Below are positions 52,501 through 64,000 of a stretch of DNA of 64,000 bases, in pieces. Where the stretch lies: the NCBI GenBank assembly GCA_965655095.1, contig OZ296652.1, positions 57,660,001 to 57,724,000 of the forward strand. The letters run 5' to 3'. Below the pieces are notes generated by a model. The model worked only from the letters and a program-made list of their open reading frames with translations, was not told the origin of the DNA and searched no databases. The DNA comes from Haplodiscus bocki. Taxonomy: Eukaryota. Within the stretch, counting starts at the first letter, position 1. Every line of letters begins with the position of its first letter. Made by a program: the position numbers and the translations under genes.

Positions 52501-55500
52501 AAAACTTTCCCAAGAATGGAGCTTCATCTTTATGTCTTATCCAATGTAGCATCATTCGCAGAGATAGCTGCCAGTTGATAGAAGACAAGCGGACGAAACT
52601 TGATCGTAACAAGTTCTTAGCTGGAGCACTTTGAGGAACACTCGCTTGGTAAATTTTATGCCCGCAACTAAACGAGTTTATCCGCAAAAAAAGGTTTTCC
52701 TGCAATGGTTGTGCAAACCTGGTAGTCACATGCATACCTAGCGTCCAGGATAAAAGACTGGAAAATACGACGATCCTCATCAAAGCCTGAAAAATCTAAG
52801 ATTTGAGCCTTCAGCGGAAATCGGTCCATGGTTTGTTTGCCCAAAACAATAAATGTTCTTCTGATGAAAAGCCTTACCAGTACGCCCATGTGAACGCTTT
52901 GTCACTTGGAGACCCATTTCCCCGAAAAATAAACAGAATTTTCCCAAATGTCAGCATTAAAGCCAGAAATTGCTGAGTTTTCAAAAGTATTCTGCAAAAC
53001 AACTCATAGAATATTGTTAATATCAACTGGAACCGTTTCTCTGAAACAATGATCTCTTTAGTACGCCTACTCAAAACTGAAGTCACCGGCAGAACTAGCG
53101 TCTAAGAGACAAAGTATACATTGGCAAAACCTCTCCCGAACGAATTCTGTTTTCCAGGCTACATGGCTAAAATCGAAAGAACTATGACAGCAACGGCAAA
53201 CCACATTCTGACAAACTGGAATACTTTCAGCCTGACTAAGCAAAAATTTGGACAGTTTTAGTGGTAGTTCTCAGAAAAGTAGGATTGTCACCGTATTAAA
53301 CACATTTTGAGGTTGGCTGGAAAACTGAAAATTTTGATAGGTCAAAAAGAAATCCACAACTCTGTGAACGGAAAAAAACATAGTGTGTGACACTCTGATT
53401 TATCTTGTTAAACTCCTGGAAAAACTGATCCATATTCGAAGTTAGGCGTTGAGTGTATGAGTACATAAATTCAAACAAGCTGAGTTTTCAGGTTCCTCTC
53501 TCGCAAATGTTGACCAATGAAATTGAACTGAACCAAAAGTTATTTTACTGGAAACTTCTGTTCCTCTGTTCTTCTCGAGCCCTAACTGTGTCAATTGCAG
53601 ACCTAGTTCCAGGATATAAAAGTCAATATTGACAAAACAATTGCAAAGCCAAGAAATGCTGCAACTCCAACTTTTTCCGTCAAACATCCTATCGAACTGC
53701 TTCCACAGCGACTCAAATAGTTTTAGAGACAGATTGGAGTGTCATTCCTTCGCTATGTGAAGTTTTTGCCACTTGCAGAAATGACTTCCAGTTATCACGT
53801 ACGATTTAACGAAGTTTCTTCCTTAGTATCAAAAAAATGCCGGATCTAAAGCTTTTTTCACAAAAAGACTCATCAAAACCTCTGGCCGCATGGAAAAAAT
53901 TCTGAAGAATGGGGTTTCATCATTATGTCTTATCTAAAGTAGGATGATTAACAGAGCTAGCTGCCAGTTGATAAAAAACAAACTGACGAGGTTTGATCGT
54001 AACAACTTTTACCTTGGAGCACTTTCAGGAAAACTCACCTCGCACTTTTCATGCCCGCAACTAAACATTATATTGCCAAAAAAAGTTATTATTGGGCAAT
54101 GCTTGTTCAAACTTGGAGTCATTCGCATACCTATCTTCCAGCAGATGAGACTGGAAACTACCTGAAGATCCTCATCAAACCCTGAAACAATATAAGCTTT
54201 AAGTCGTCAGCGTAAATTGGTCCTTGGTTTGTTTGCGAGCAAGATTAAGGTTCTTCTGATGAAAGGCCTTACCAGTACGCCCATGTGAAACTTTAGTTAC
54301 TTGGAGACCCATTTCCCAGGAAAAAATCAGAATTTTCCGTAATGTCAGCGTTAAAGGCAGAAATTGCTGAGTTTTCAAAAGTATTCTGCAAAACAACTCG
54401 TAGAATCTTGTTAACATCAACTGGAACTGTTTCCCTGAAACAATGATCTCTTGAGTACGCCTACTCAAAACTGAAGTCACTGGCAGAACTAGCGTCTAAG
54501 AGACAAAAAAGAAATTGGCGAAGTCTCTCCCTAACGAATTCTATTTTCCAGGCTACATGGCTAAAATCGAAAGAACTACGACAGCAACGGAAAACCACAT
54601 TCTGAAAAACTGGAGTTCTTTCACCATGGCTAAGCAAGAATTTGGCCAATTTTAGAGGTTGTTCTCAGAAAAGTAGTATTGTCACCGTATTAAACACATT
54701 ACGAAGTAGGCTGAAAAACTGAAGTTTTAAAGCTCAAAAAAACTCCATAACTCTTTGAACGGCAAAAAAATCATAGTGTGTGACACTCTGTTTCATCTTG
54801 TTAAACTTCTGGAAAAACTGATCCATATTCGAAGTTAGACGTTGAGTGTATGAGTACATAAATTCAAACAAGCTGAGTTTTCAGGTTCCTCTCTCGCAAA
54901 AGTTGATCAATGAAATTGAACTGAACCAAAAGTTATTTTACTGGAAACTTCTGTTCCTCTGTTCTTCTCGAGCCCTAACTGTGTCAATTGCAGACCTAGT
55001 TCCAGGATATAAAAGTCAATATTGACAAAACAATTGCAAAGCCAAGAAATGCTGCAACTCCAACTTTTTCCGTCAAACATCCTTTGGAACTGCTTCCACA
55101 GCCACTCAAATATTTTTAGAGACAGATTGGAGTGTCATTGCTTCGCTAGGTGAAGTTTTTGTCACTTGCAGAAAAGACTTCCAGTAATCGCGAACGATTT
55201 AACGAAGTCTCTTCATTAGTATCAAATAAATGCCGAATCTGAAACTTTTTTTCCCAAAAAGACTCATTAAACCCTCTGGCCGCATGGAAAAACTTTCCGA
55301 AGAAGGGAGCTTCATCTTTGTGTCTTATCCAATGTAGGATCAATCACAGAGATAGCTGCCAGTTGATAGAAGACAAACTGACGAAATTTGATCGTAACAA
55401 CTTCTTCGTTGGAGCACTTTCAAGAACACTAGCTTCGCAAATTTTATGCCCGCAACTTGACAAATTTATCCGCAAAAAATTGTTTTTCCAGCGATGCTTG

Positions 55501-55860
55501 TGCAAAATTTGGGAGTCGTTTGCATACCTAGCGTCCAGGATAAAAGTCTGGAAAATACGACGATCATCATTGAAGCCTGAAAAATCTAAGATTTGAGCCT
55601 TCAGCGGAAATCGGTCCTTGGTTTGTTTGTCCGCAACAATAAAAGTTCTTCTGACGAAAGGTCTTACCAGTACGCCAATGTGGAACTTTAGTTACTTGGA
55701 GACCCATTACCCCGGAAAAAAAACAGAATTTTCCGAAATGTCAGCATTAAAGCCAGAAATTGCTGAGTTTTCAAAATTATTCTGCAAAACAACTCCTAGA
55801 AAAATGTTAACATGAACTGGAACTATTTCTCTGAAACAATGATCTATTTAGTACGCCTAC
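49541..55860. repeat. Right flank: heterogeneous B-type units, period 1382-1396 bp
   Basis: Flank alleles return (gttagacgttgagtgtatgag, aactgtgtcaa, gatcaagtacg). Anchor spacings are 1384, 1386, 1382, 1393 and 1396. Confidence 0.85.
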
Positions 55861-58800
55861 TCAAGACTGAAGTCACCGGCAGAACTAGCGTCTAAGAGAC
55901 AAAGTATACATTGGCAAAACCTCTCCCGAACGAATTCTGTTTTCCAGGCTACATGGCTAAAATCGAAAGAACTATGACAGCAACGGTAAACCACATTCTG
56001 ACAAAATGGAGTTCTTTCACCATGGCTAAGCAAAAATTTGGCCAATTTTGGAGGTAATTCTCAGAAAACTAGGATTGTCACCGTTTTAAACACATTAAGA
56101 AGTAGGCTGAAAAACTAAAAACTTTCCTAGCCCAAAAAGAGTTCCACAACTCTTTGAACGGCAAAAAAACAGTGTGTGACACTCTGTTTCATCTTGTTAA
56201 ACTTCTGGAAAAACTGATCCCTATTCGAAGTTAGACGTTGAGTGTATGAGTACATAAATTCAAACAAGCTGAGTTTTCAGGTTCCTCTCACGCAGAAGTT
56301 GATCAATATAATTGAACTGAACGAAAAGCTATTTTACTGGAAACTTCAGTTTCCCTGTTCCAGCCGTAACTGTGTCAATTGCAGACCTAGTTTCAGGATA
56401 TAAAAGTCACTATTGACAAAACAATTGCAAAGCCAAGAAATGCTGCAACTCCAACTTTTTCCGTCAAACATCCTATCGAACTGCTTCCACAGCGACTCAA
56501 ATATTTTTAGAGACAGATTGGAGTGTCAATGCTTCGCTCTGTGAAGTTTTTGCCACTTGCAGAAATGAGTTCCAATTATCACGTACTATTTAACGAAGTT
56601 TCTTCCTTAGTATCAAAAAAATGCCGAATCTAAAGCTTTTTTCACAAAAAGACTCATCAAAACCTCTGGCCGCACGGAAAAACTTTCTGAGGAATGGAGC
56701 TTCATCATTCTCTCATCGATTGTAGGATCATTCACAGAGCTAGCTTCCAGTTGATAAAAAACAAACTGAAGATGTTTGATCGTAACAACTTTCACATTGG
56801 AGCACTTCCAGGAACTCACCTCGCACTTTTTATGCCCGCAACCAAACATTATATTGCCAAAAAAAAAGAATTTTGGGCAATGCTTGTTCAATCTCGGAGT
56901 CATTCGCATACCTAGCTTCCAGCAGATGAGACTGGAAACTACCTGAAGACCCTCATCAAACCCTGAAACAATATAAGGTTTAAGTCTTCAGCGTAAATTG
57001 GTCCCCGGTTTGTTTGCGAGCAAGATTAAAGGTTCTTCTGATGCATGGCCTTACCGGTACGCCCATGTGAAACTTTAGTTACTTGGAGACCGATTGCCCC
57101 GAAAAATAAACAGAATTTTCCCAAATGTCAGCATTAAAGCCAGAAATTGCTGAGTTTTCAAAAGTATTCTGCAAAACAACTCATAGAATATTGTTAATAT
57201 CAACTGGAACTGTTTCTCTGAAACAATGATCTCTTTAGTACGCCTACTCAAAACTGAAGTCACCGGCAGAACTAGCGTCTAAGAGACAAAGTATACATTG
57301 GAAAAACCTCTCCCGAACGAATTCTGTTTTCCAGGCTACATGGCTAAAATCGAAAGAACTATGACAGCAACGGTAAACCACATTCTGACAAAATGGAGTT
57401 CTTTCACCATGGCTAAGCAAAAATTTGGCCAATTTTGGAGGTAATTCTCAGAAAACTAGGATTGTCACCGTTTTAAACACATTAAGAAGTAGGCTGAAAA
57501 ACTAAAAACTTTCCTAGCCCAAAAAGAGTTCCACAACTCTTTGAACGGCAAAAAAACAGTGTGTGACACTCTGTTTCATCTTGTTAAACTTCTGGAAAAA
57601 CTGATCCCTATTCGAAGTTAGACGTTGAGTGTATGAGTACATAAATTCAAACAAGCTGAGTTTTCAGGTTCCTCTCACGCAGAAGTTGATCAATATAATT
57701 GAACTGAACGAAAAGCTATTTTACTGGAAACTTCAATTTCCCTGTTCCAGCCGTAACTGTGTCAATTGCAGAACTAGTTTCAGGATATAAAAAGTCACTA
57801 TTGACAAAACAATTGCAAAGCCAAGAAATGCTGCAACTCCAACTTTTTCCGTCAAACATCCTATCGAACTGCTTCCACAGCGACTCAAATATTTTTAGAG
57901 ACAGATTGGAGTGTCAATGCTTCGCTATGTGAAGTTTTTGCCACTTGCAGAAATGAGTTCCAATTATCACGTACTATTTAACGAAGTTTCTTCCTTAGTA
58001 TCAAAAAAATGCCGAATCTAAAGCTTTTTTCACAAAAAGACTCATCAAAACCTCTGGCCGCATGGAAAAACTTTCTGAAGAATGGAGCTTCATCATTGTC
58101 TCATCGATTGTAGGATTATTCACAGAGCTAGCTTCCAGTTGATAAAAAACAAACTGAAGATGTTTGATCGTAACAACTTTCACATTGGAGCACTTCCAGG
58201 AACTCACCTCGCACTTTTTATGCCCGCAACCAAACATTATATTGCCAAAAAAAAGAATTTTGGGCAACGCTTGTTCAATCTCGGAGTCATTCGCATACCT
58301 AGCTTCCAGCAGATGAGACTGGAAACTACCTGAAGACCCTCATCAAACCCTGAAACAATATAAGGTTTAAGTCTTCAGCGTAAATTGGTCCCCGGTTTGT
58401 TTGCGAGCAAGATTAAAGGTTCTTCTGATGCATGGCCTTACCGGTACGCCCATGTGAAACTTTAGTTACTTGGAGACCGATTGCCCCGAAAAATAAACAG
58501 AATTTTCCCAAATGTCAGCATTAAAGCCAGAAATTGCTGAGTTTTCAAAAGTATTCTGCAAAACAACTCATAGAATATTGTTAATATCAACTGGAACTGT
58601 TTCTCTGAAACAATGATCTCTTTAGTACGCCTACTCAAAACTGAAGTCACCGGCAGAACTAGCGTTTAAGAGACAAAGTATACATTGGCAAAACCTCTCC
58701 CGAACGAATTCTGTTTTCCAGGCTACATGGCTAAAATCGAAAGAACTATGACAGCAACGGCAAACCACATTCTGACAAAATGGAGTTCTTTCACCATGGC

Positions 58801-61800
58801 TAAGCAAAAATTTGGCCAATTTTGGAGGTAATTCTCAGAGAACTAGGATTGTCACCGTTTTAAACACATTAAGAAGTAGGCTGAAAAACTAAAAACTTTC
58901 CTAGCCCAAAAAGAGTTCCACAACTCTTTGAACGGCAAAAAAACAGTGTGTGACACTCTGTTTCATCTTGTTAAACTTCTGGAAAAACTGATCCCTATTC
59001 GAAGTTAGACGTTGAGTGTATGAGTACATAAATTCAAACAAGCTGAGTTTTCAGGTTCCTCTCACGCAGAAGTTGATCAATATAATTGAACTGAACGAAA
59101 AGCTATTTTACTGGAAACTTCAATTTCCCTGTTCCAGCCGTAACTGTGTCAATTGCAGAACTAGTTTCAGGATATAAAAAGTCACTATTGACAAAACAAT
59201 TGCAAAGCCAAGAAATGCTGCAACTCCAACTTTTTCCGTCAAACATCCTATCGAACTGCTTCCACAGCGACTCAAATATTTTTAGAGACAGATTGGAGTG
59301 TCAATGCTTCGCTATGTGAAGTTTTTGCCACTTGCAGAAATGAGTTCCAATTATCACGTACTATTTAACGAAGTTTCTTCCTTAGTATCAAAAAAATGCC
59401 GAATCTAAAGCTTTTTTCACAAAAAGACTCATCAAAACCTCTGGCCGCATGGAAAAACTTTCTGAGGAATGGAGCTTCATCATTGTCTCATCGATTGTAG
59501 GATCATTCACAGAGCTAGCTTCCAGTTGATAAAAAACAAACTGAAGATGTTTGATCGTAACAACTTTCACATTGGAGCACTTCCAGGAACTCACCTCGCA
59601 CTTTTTATGCCCGCAACCAAACATTATATTGCCAAAAAAAAGAATTTTGGGCAATGCTTGTTCAATCTCGGAGTCATTCGCATACCTAGCTTCCAGCAGA
59701 TGAGACTGGAAACTACCTGAAGACCCTCATCAAACCCTGAAACAATATAAGGTTTAAGTCTTCAGCGTAAATTGGTCCCCGGTTTGTTTGCGAGCAAGAT
59801 TAAAGGTTCTTCTGATGCATGGCCTTACCGGTACGCCCATGTGAAACTTTAGTTACTTGGAGACCGATTGCCCCGAAAAATAAACAGAATTTTCCCAAAT
59901 GTCAGCATTAAAGCCAGAAATTGCTGAGTTTTCAAAAGTATTCTGCAAAACAACTCATAGAATATTGTTAATATCAACTGGAACAGTTTCTCTGAAACAA
60001 TGATCTCTTTAGTACGCCTACTCAAAACTGAAGTCACCGGCAGAACTAGCGTTTAAGAGACAAAGTATACATTGGCAAAACCTCTCCCGAACGAATTCTG
60101 TTTTCCAGGCTACATGGCTAAAATCGAAAGAACTATGACAGCAACGGCAAACCACATTCTGACAAAATGGAGTTCTTTCACCATGGCTAAGCAAAAATTT
60201 GGCCAATTTTGGAGGTAATTCTCAGAAAACTAGGATTGTCACCGTTTTAAACACATTAAGAAGTAGGCTGAAAAACTAAAAACTTTCCTAGCCCAAAAAG
60301 AGTTCCACAACTCTTTGAACGGCAAAAAAACAGTGTGTGACACTCTGTTTCATCTTGTTAAACTTCTGGAAAAACTGATCCCTATTCGAAGTTAGACGTT
60401 GAGTGTATGAGTACATAAATTCAAACAAGCTGAGTTTTCAGGTTCCTCTCACGCAGAAGTTGATCAATATAATTGAACTGAACGAAAAGCTATTTTACTG
60501 GAAACTTCAATTTCCCTGTTCCAGCCGTAACTGTGTCAATTGCAGAACTAGTTTCAGGATATAAAAAGTCACTATTGACAAAACAATTGCAAAGCCAAGA
60601 AATGCTGCAACTCCAACTTTTTCCGTCAAACATCCTATCGAACTGCTTCCACAGCGACTCAAATATTTTTAGAGACAGATTGGAGTGTCAATGCTTCGCT
60701 ATGTGAAGTTTTTGCCACTTGCAGAAATGAGTTCCAATTATCACGTACTATTTAACGAAGTTTCTTCCTTAGTATCAAAAAAATGCCGAATCTAAAGCTT
60801 TTTTCACAAAAAGACTCATCAAAACCTCTGGCCGCATGGAAAAACTTTCTGAGGAATGGAGCTTCATCATTGTCTCATCGATTGTAGGATCATTCACAGA
60901 GCTAGCTTCCAGTTGATAAAAAACAAACTGAAGATGTTTGATCGTAACAACTTTCACATTGGAGCACTTCCAGGAACTCACCTCGCACTTTTTATGCCCG
61001 CAACCAAACATTATATTGCCAAAAAAAAAGAATTTTGGGCAATGCTTGTTCAATCTCGGAGTCATTCGCATACCTAGCTTCCAGCAGATGAGACTGGAAA
61101 CTACCTGAAGACCCTCATCAAACCCTGAAACAATATAAGGTTTAAGTCTTCAGCGTAAATTGGTCCCTGGTTTGTTTGCGAGCAAGATTAAAGGTTCTTC
61201 TGATGCATGGCCTTACCGGTACGCCCATGTGAAACTTTAGTTACTTGGAGACCGATTGCCCCGAAAAATAAACAGAATTTTCCCAAATGTCAGCATTAAA
61301 GCCAGAAATTGCTGAGTTTTCAAAAGTATTCTGCAAAACAACTCGTAGAATATTGTTAATATCAACTGGAACCGTTTCTCTGAAACAATGATCTCTTCAG
61401 TACGCCTACTCAAAACTGAAGTCACCGGCAGAACTAGCGTTTAAGAGACAAAAAATAAATTGGCGAAGTCTCTCCCTAACGAAATATTTTCCAGGCTACA
61501 TGGCTAAAATCGAAAGAACTATGACAGCAACGGAAAACCACATTCTGACAAACTGGAGTTCTTTCACCATGGCTAAGCAAGAATTTGGCCAATTTTAGAG
61601 GTAGTTCTCAGAAAACTAGGATTGTCACCGTTTTAAACACATTAAGAAGTAGGCTGAAAAACTAAAAACTTTCATAGCTCAAAAAGAGTTCCACAACTCT
61701 TTGAACGGCAAAAAAACACAGTGTGTGACACTCTGTTTCATCTTGTTAAACTTCTGGAAAAACTGATCCCTATTCGAAGTTAGACGTTGAGTGTATGAGT

Positions 61801-64000
61801 ACATAAATTCAAACAAGCTGAGTTTTCAGGTTCCTCTCACGCAGAAGTTGATCAATATAATTGAACTGAACGAAAAGCTATTTTACTGGAAACTTCAGTT
61901 TCCCTGTTCCAGCCGTAACTGTGTCAATTGCAGAACTAGTTTCAGGATATAAAAGTCACTATTGACAAAACAATTGCAAAGCCAAGAAATGCTGCAACTC
62001 CACCTTTTTCCGTCAAACATCCTATCGAACTGCTTCCACAGCGACTCAAATATTTTTAGAGACAGATTGGAGTGTCAATGCTTCGCTATGTGAAGTTTTT
62101 GCCACTTGCAGAAATGAGTTCCAATTATCACGTACTATTTAACGAAGTTTCTTCCTTAGTATCAAAAAAATGCCGAATCTAAAGCTTTTTTCACAAAAAG
62201 ACTCATCAAAACCTCTGGCCGCATGGAAAAACTTTCTGAAGAATGGAGCTTCATCATTGTCTCATCGATTGTAGGATCATTCACAGAGCTAGCTTCCAGT
62301 TGATAAAAAACAAACTGAAGATGTTTGATCGTAACAACTTTTACATTGGAGCACTTCCAGGAACTCACCTCGCACTTTTTATGCCCGCAACCAAACATTA
62401 TATTGCCAAAAAAAAAGAATTTTGGGCAATGCTTGTTCAATCTCGGAGTCATTCGCATACCTAGCTTCCAGCAGATGAGACTGGAAACTACCTGAAGACC
62501 CTCATCAAACCCTGAAACAATATAAGGTTTAAGTCTTCAGCGTAAATTGGTCCCCGGTTTGTTTGCGAGCAAGATTAAAGGTTCTTCTGATGCATGGCCT
62601 TACCGGTACGCCCATGTGAAACTTTAGTTACTTGGAGACCGATTGCCCCGAAAAATAAACAGAATTTTCCCAAATGTCAGCATTAAAGCCAGAAATTGCT
62701 GAGTTTTCAAAAGTATTCTGCAAAACAACTCATAGAATATTGTTAATATCAACTGGAACTGTTTCTCTGAAACAATGATCTCTTTAGTACGCCTACTCAA
62801 AACTGAAGTCACCGGCAGAACTAGCGTCTAAGAGACAAAGTATACATTGGCAAAACCTCTCCCGAACGAATTCTGTTTTCCAGGCTACATGGCTAAAATC
62901 GAAAGAACTATGACAGCAACGGTAAACCACATTCTGACAAAATGGAGTTCTTTCACCATGGCTAAGCAAAAATTTGGCCAATTTTGGAGGTAATTCTCAG
63001 AAAACTAGGATTGTCACCGTTTTAAACACATTAAGAAGTAGGCTGAAAAACTAAAAACTTTCCTAGCCCAAAAAGAGTTCCACAACTCTTTGAACGGCAA
63101 AAAAACAGTGTGTGACACTCTGTTTCATCTTGTTAAACTTCTGGAAAAACTGATCCCTATTCGAAGTTAGACGTTGAGTGTATGAGTACATAAATTCAAA
63201 CAAGCTGAGTTTTCAGGTTCCTCTCACGCAGAAGTTGATCAATATAATTGAACTGAACGAAAAGCTATTTTACTGGAAACTTCAGTTTCCCTGTTCCAGC
63301 CGTAACTGTGTCAATTGCAGACCTAGTTTCAGGATATAAAAGTCACTATTGACAAAACAATTGCAAAGCCAAGAAATGCTGCAACTCCAACTTTTTCCGT
63401 CAAACATCCTATCGAACTGCTTCCACAGCGACTCAAATATTTTTAGAGACAGATTGGAGTGTCAATGCTTCGCTATGTGAAGTTTTTGCCACTTGCAGAA
63501 ATGAGTTCCAATTATCACGTACTATTTAACGAAGTTTCTTCCTTAGTATCAAAAAAATGCCGAATCTAAAGCTTTTTTCACAAAAAGACTCATCAAAACC
63601 TCTGGCCGCATGGAAAAACTTTCTGAAGAATGGAGCTTCATCATTGTCTCATCGGTTGTAGGATCATTCACAGAGCTAGCTTCCAGTTGATAAAAAACAA
63701 ACTGAAGATGTTTGATCGTAACAACTTTTACATTGGAGCACTTCCAGGAACTCACCTCGCACTTTTTATGCCCGCAACCAAACATTATATTGCCAAAAAA
63801 AGAATTTTGGGCAATGCTTGTTCAATCTCGGAGTCATTCGCATACCTAGCTTCCAGCAGATGAGACTGGAAACTACCTGAAGACCCTCATCAAACCCTGA
63901 AACAATATAAGGTTTAAGTCTTCAGCGTAAATTGGTCCCTGGTTTGTTTGCGAGCAAGATTAAAGGTTCTTCTGATGCATGGCCTTACCGGTACGCCCAT
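55861..64000. repeat. Subfamily E: ~6 near-identical units, period 1387-1388 bp
   Basis: Anchors at 56262, 57649, 59036, 60423, 61811 and 63198. Diagnostic strings are gcagaaatgagttccaattatcacgtac, cagcagatgagactggaaactacctgaag and ctgttccagccgtaac. Confidence 0.93.

Larger units (their letters stand above)
1..64000. repeat. Tandem satellite array, unit ~1.36-1.40 kb, ~45 complete head-to-tail copies, running off both window ends
   Basis: The anchor aaacaagctgagttttca (or a close variant) occurs at 311, 1712, 3111, 4513, 5916, 7301, 8680, 10416, 11806, 13543, 14933, 16325, 17721, 19113, 20512, 21902, 23273 ... 49321, 50705, 52091, 53473, 54866, 56262, 57649, 59036, 60423, 61811 and 63198. 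Near-identical ORF translations recur at the same period. Confidence 0.99.

Noticed and set aside
1-64000. CRISPR array or repeat-spacer system
   Set aside because: There are no short identical repeats separated by unique spacers; the sequence between motifs is itself repeated in every unit, and there are no cas-like ORFs.
1-64000. Tandem 5S rRNA, tRNA, snRNA, spliced-leader or histone gene cluster (common causes of 1-2 kb tandem units)
   Set aside because: I recognise no 5S, tRNA or snRNA sequence, no histone ORF and no strongly invariant gene-sized island across A, B, D and E. An Infernal/Rfam scan would be needed to exclude a divergent small RNA.
1-64000. Tandem transposon, LTR or Helitron-derived array
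   Set aside because: No terminal inverted repeats, target-site duplications, PBS/PPT or transposase/RT remnants were seen, and there is no natural unit boundary. A remote TE origin of the monomer cannot be excluded.
1-64000. Primate alpha satellite
   Set aside because: Monomer length is similar, but apart from the partial cttcgttgga match the sequence does not resemble the alpha-satellite consensus as I know it, and no complete CENP-B box is present.
55861-64000. Assembly artefact (one unit duplicated in silico)
   Set aside because: Units carry distinct substitutions and indels in hierarchical patterns, even within E, which argues for real copies. Exact copy number still needs read-level confirmation.

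Overview
The whole 64 kb is one uninterrupted, same-orientation tandem array of a ~1.36-1.40 kb unit. I counted 46 copies of the anchor aaacaagctgagttttca or its variants, from 311 to 63198, giving about 45 complete units. I see no credible protein-coding gene, RNA gene, transposon or CRISPR array; the ORF track just repeats chance ORFs at the array period. The sequence looks like eukaryotic satellite DNA, but the organism cannot be identified from this window. Main observation: the ~1.4 kb unit is a higher-order repeat (HOR) of eight highly diverged ~165-183 bp monomers, mean about 172-175 bp, that share a degenerate motif 'gtcacttgcagacctagnttccagga'. The array is layered: a diverged A subfamily (1 to ~6 kb), a mosaic left flank with a duplicated 3126-bp block containing a 10-monomer variant, a homogeneous ~1372-bp core (~21.4-49.5 kb), a right flank sharing alleles with the left flank, and a second homogenised 1387-bp block (~55.9-64 kb). 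Short tracts of private alleles are shared between units up to 35 kb apart. This architecture resembles centromeric or pericentromeric HOR satellite, but that function is inference only. All alignments were done by eye, so domain boundaries are approximate.
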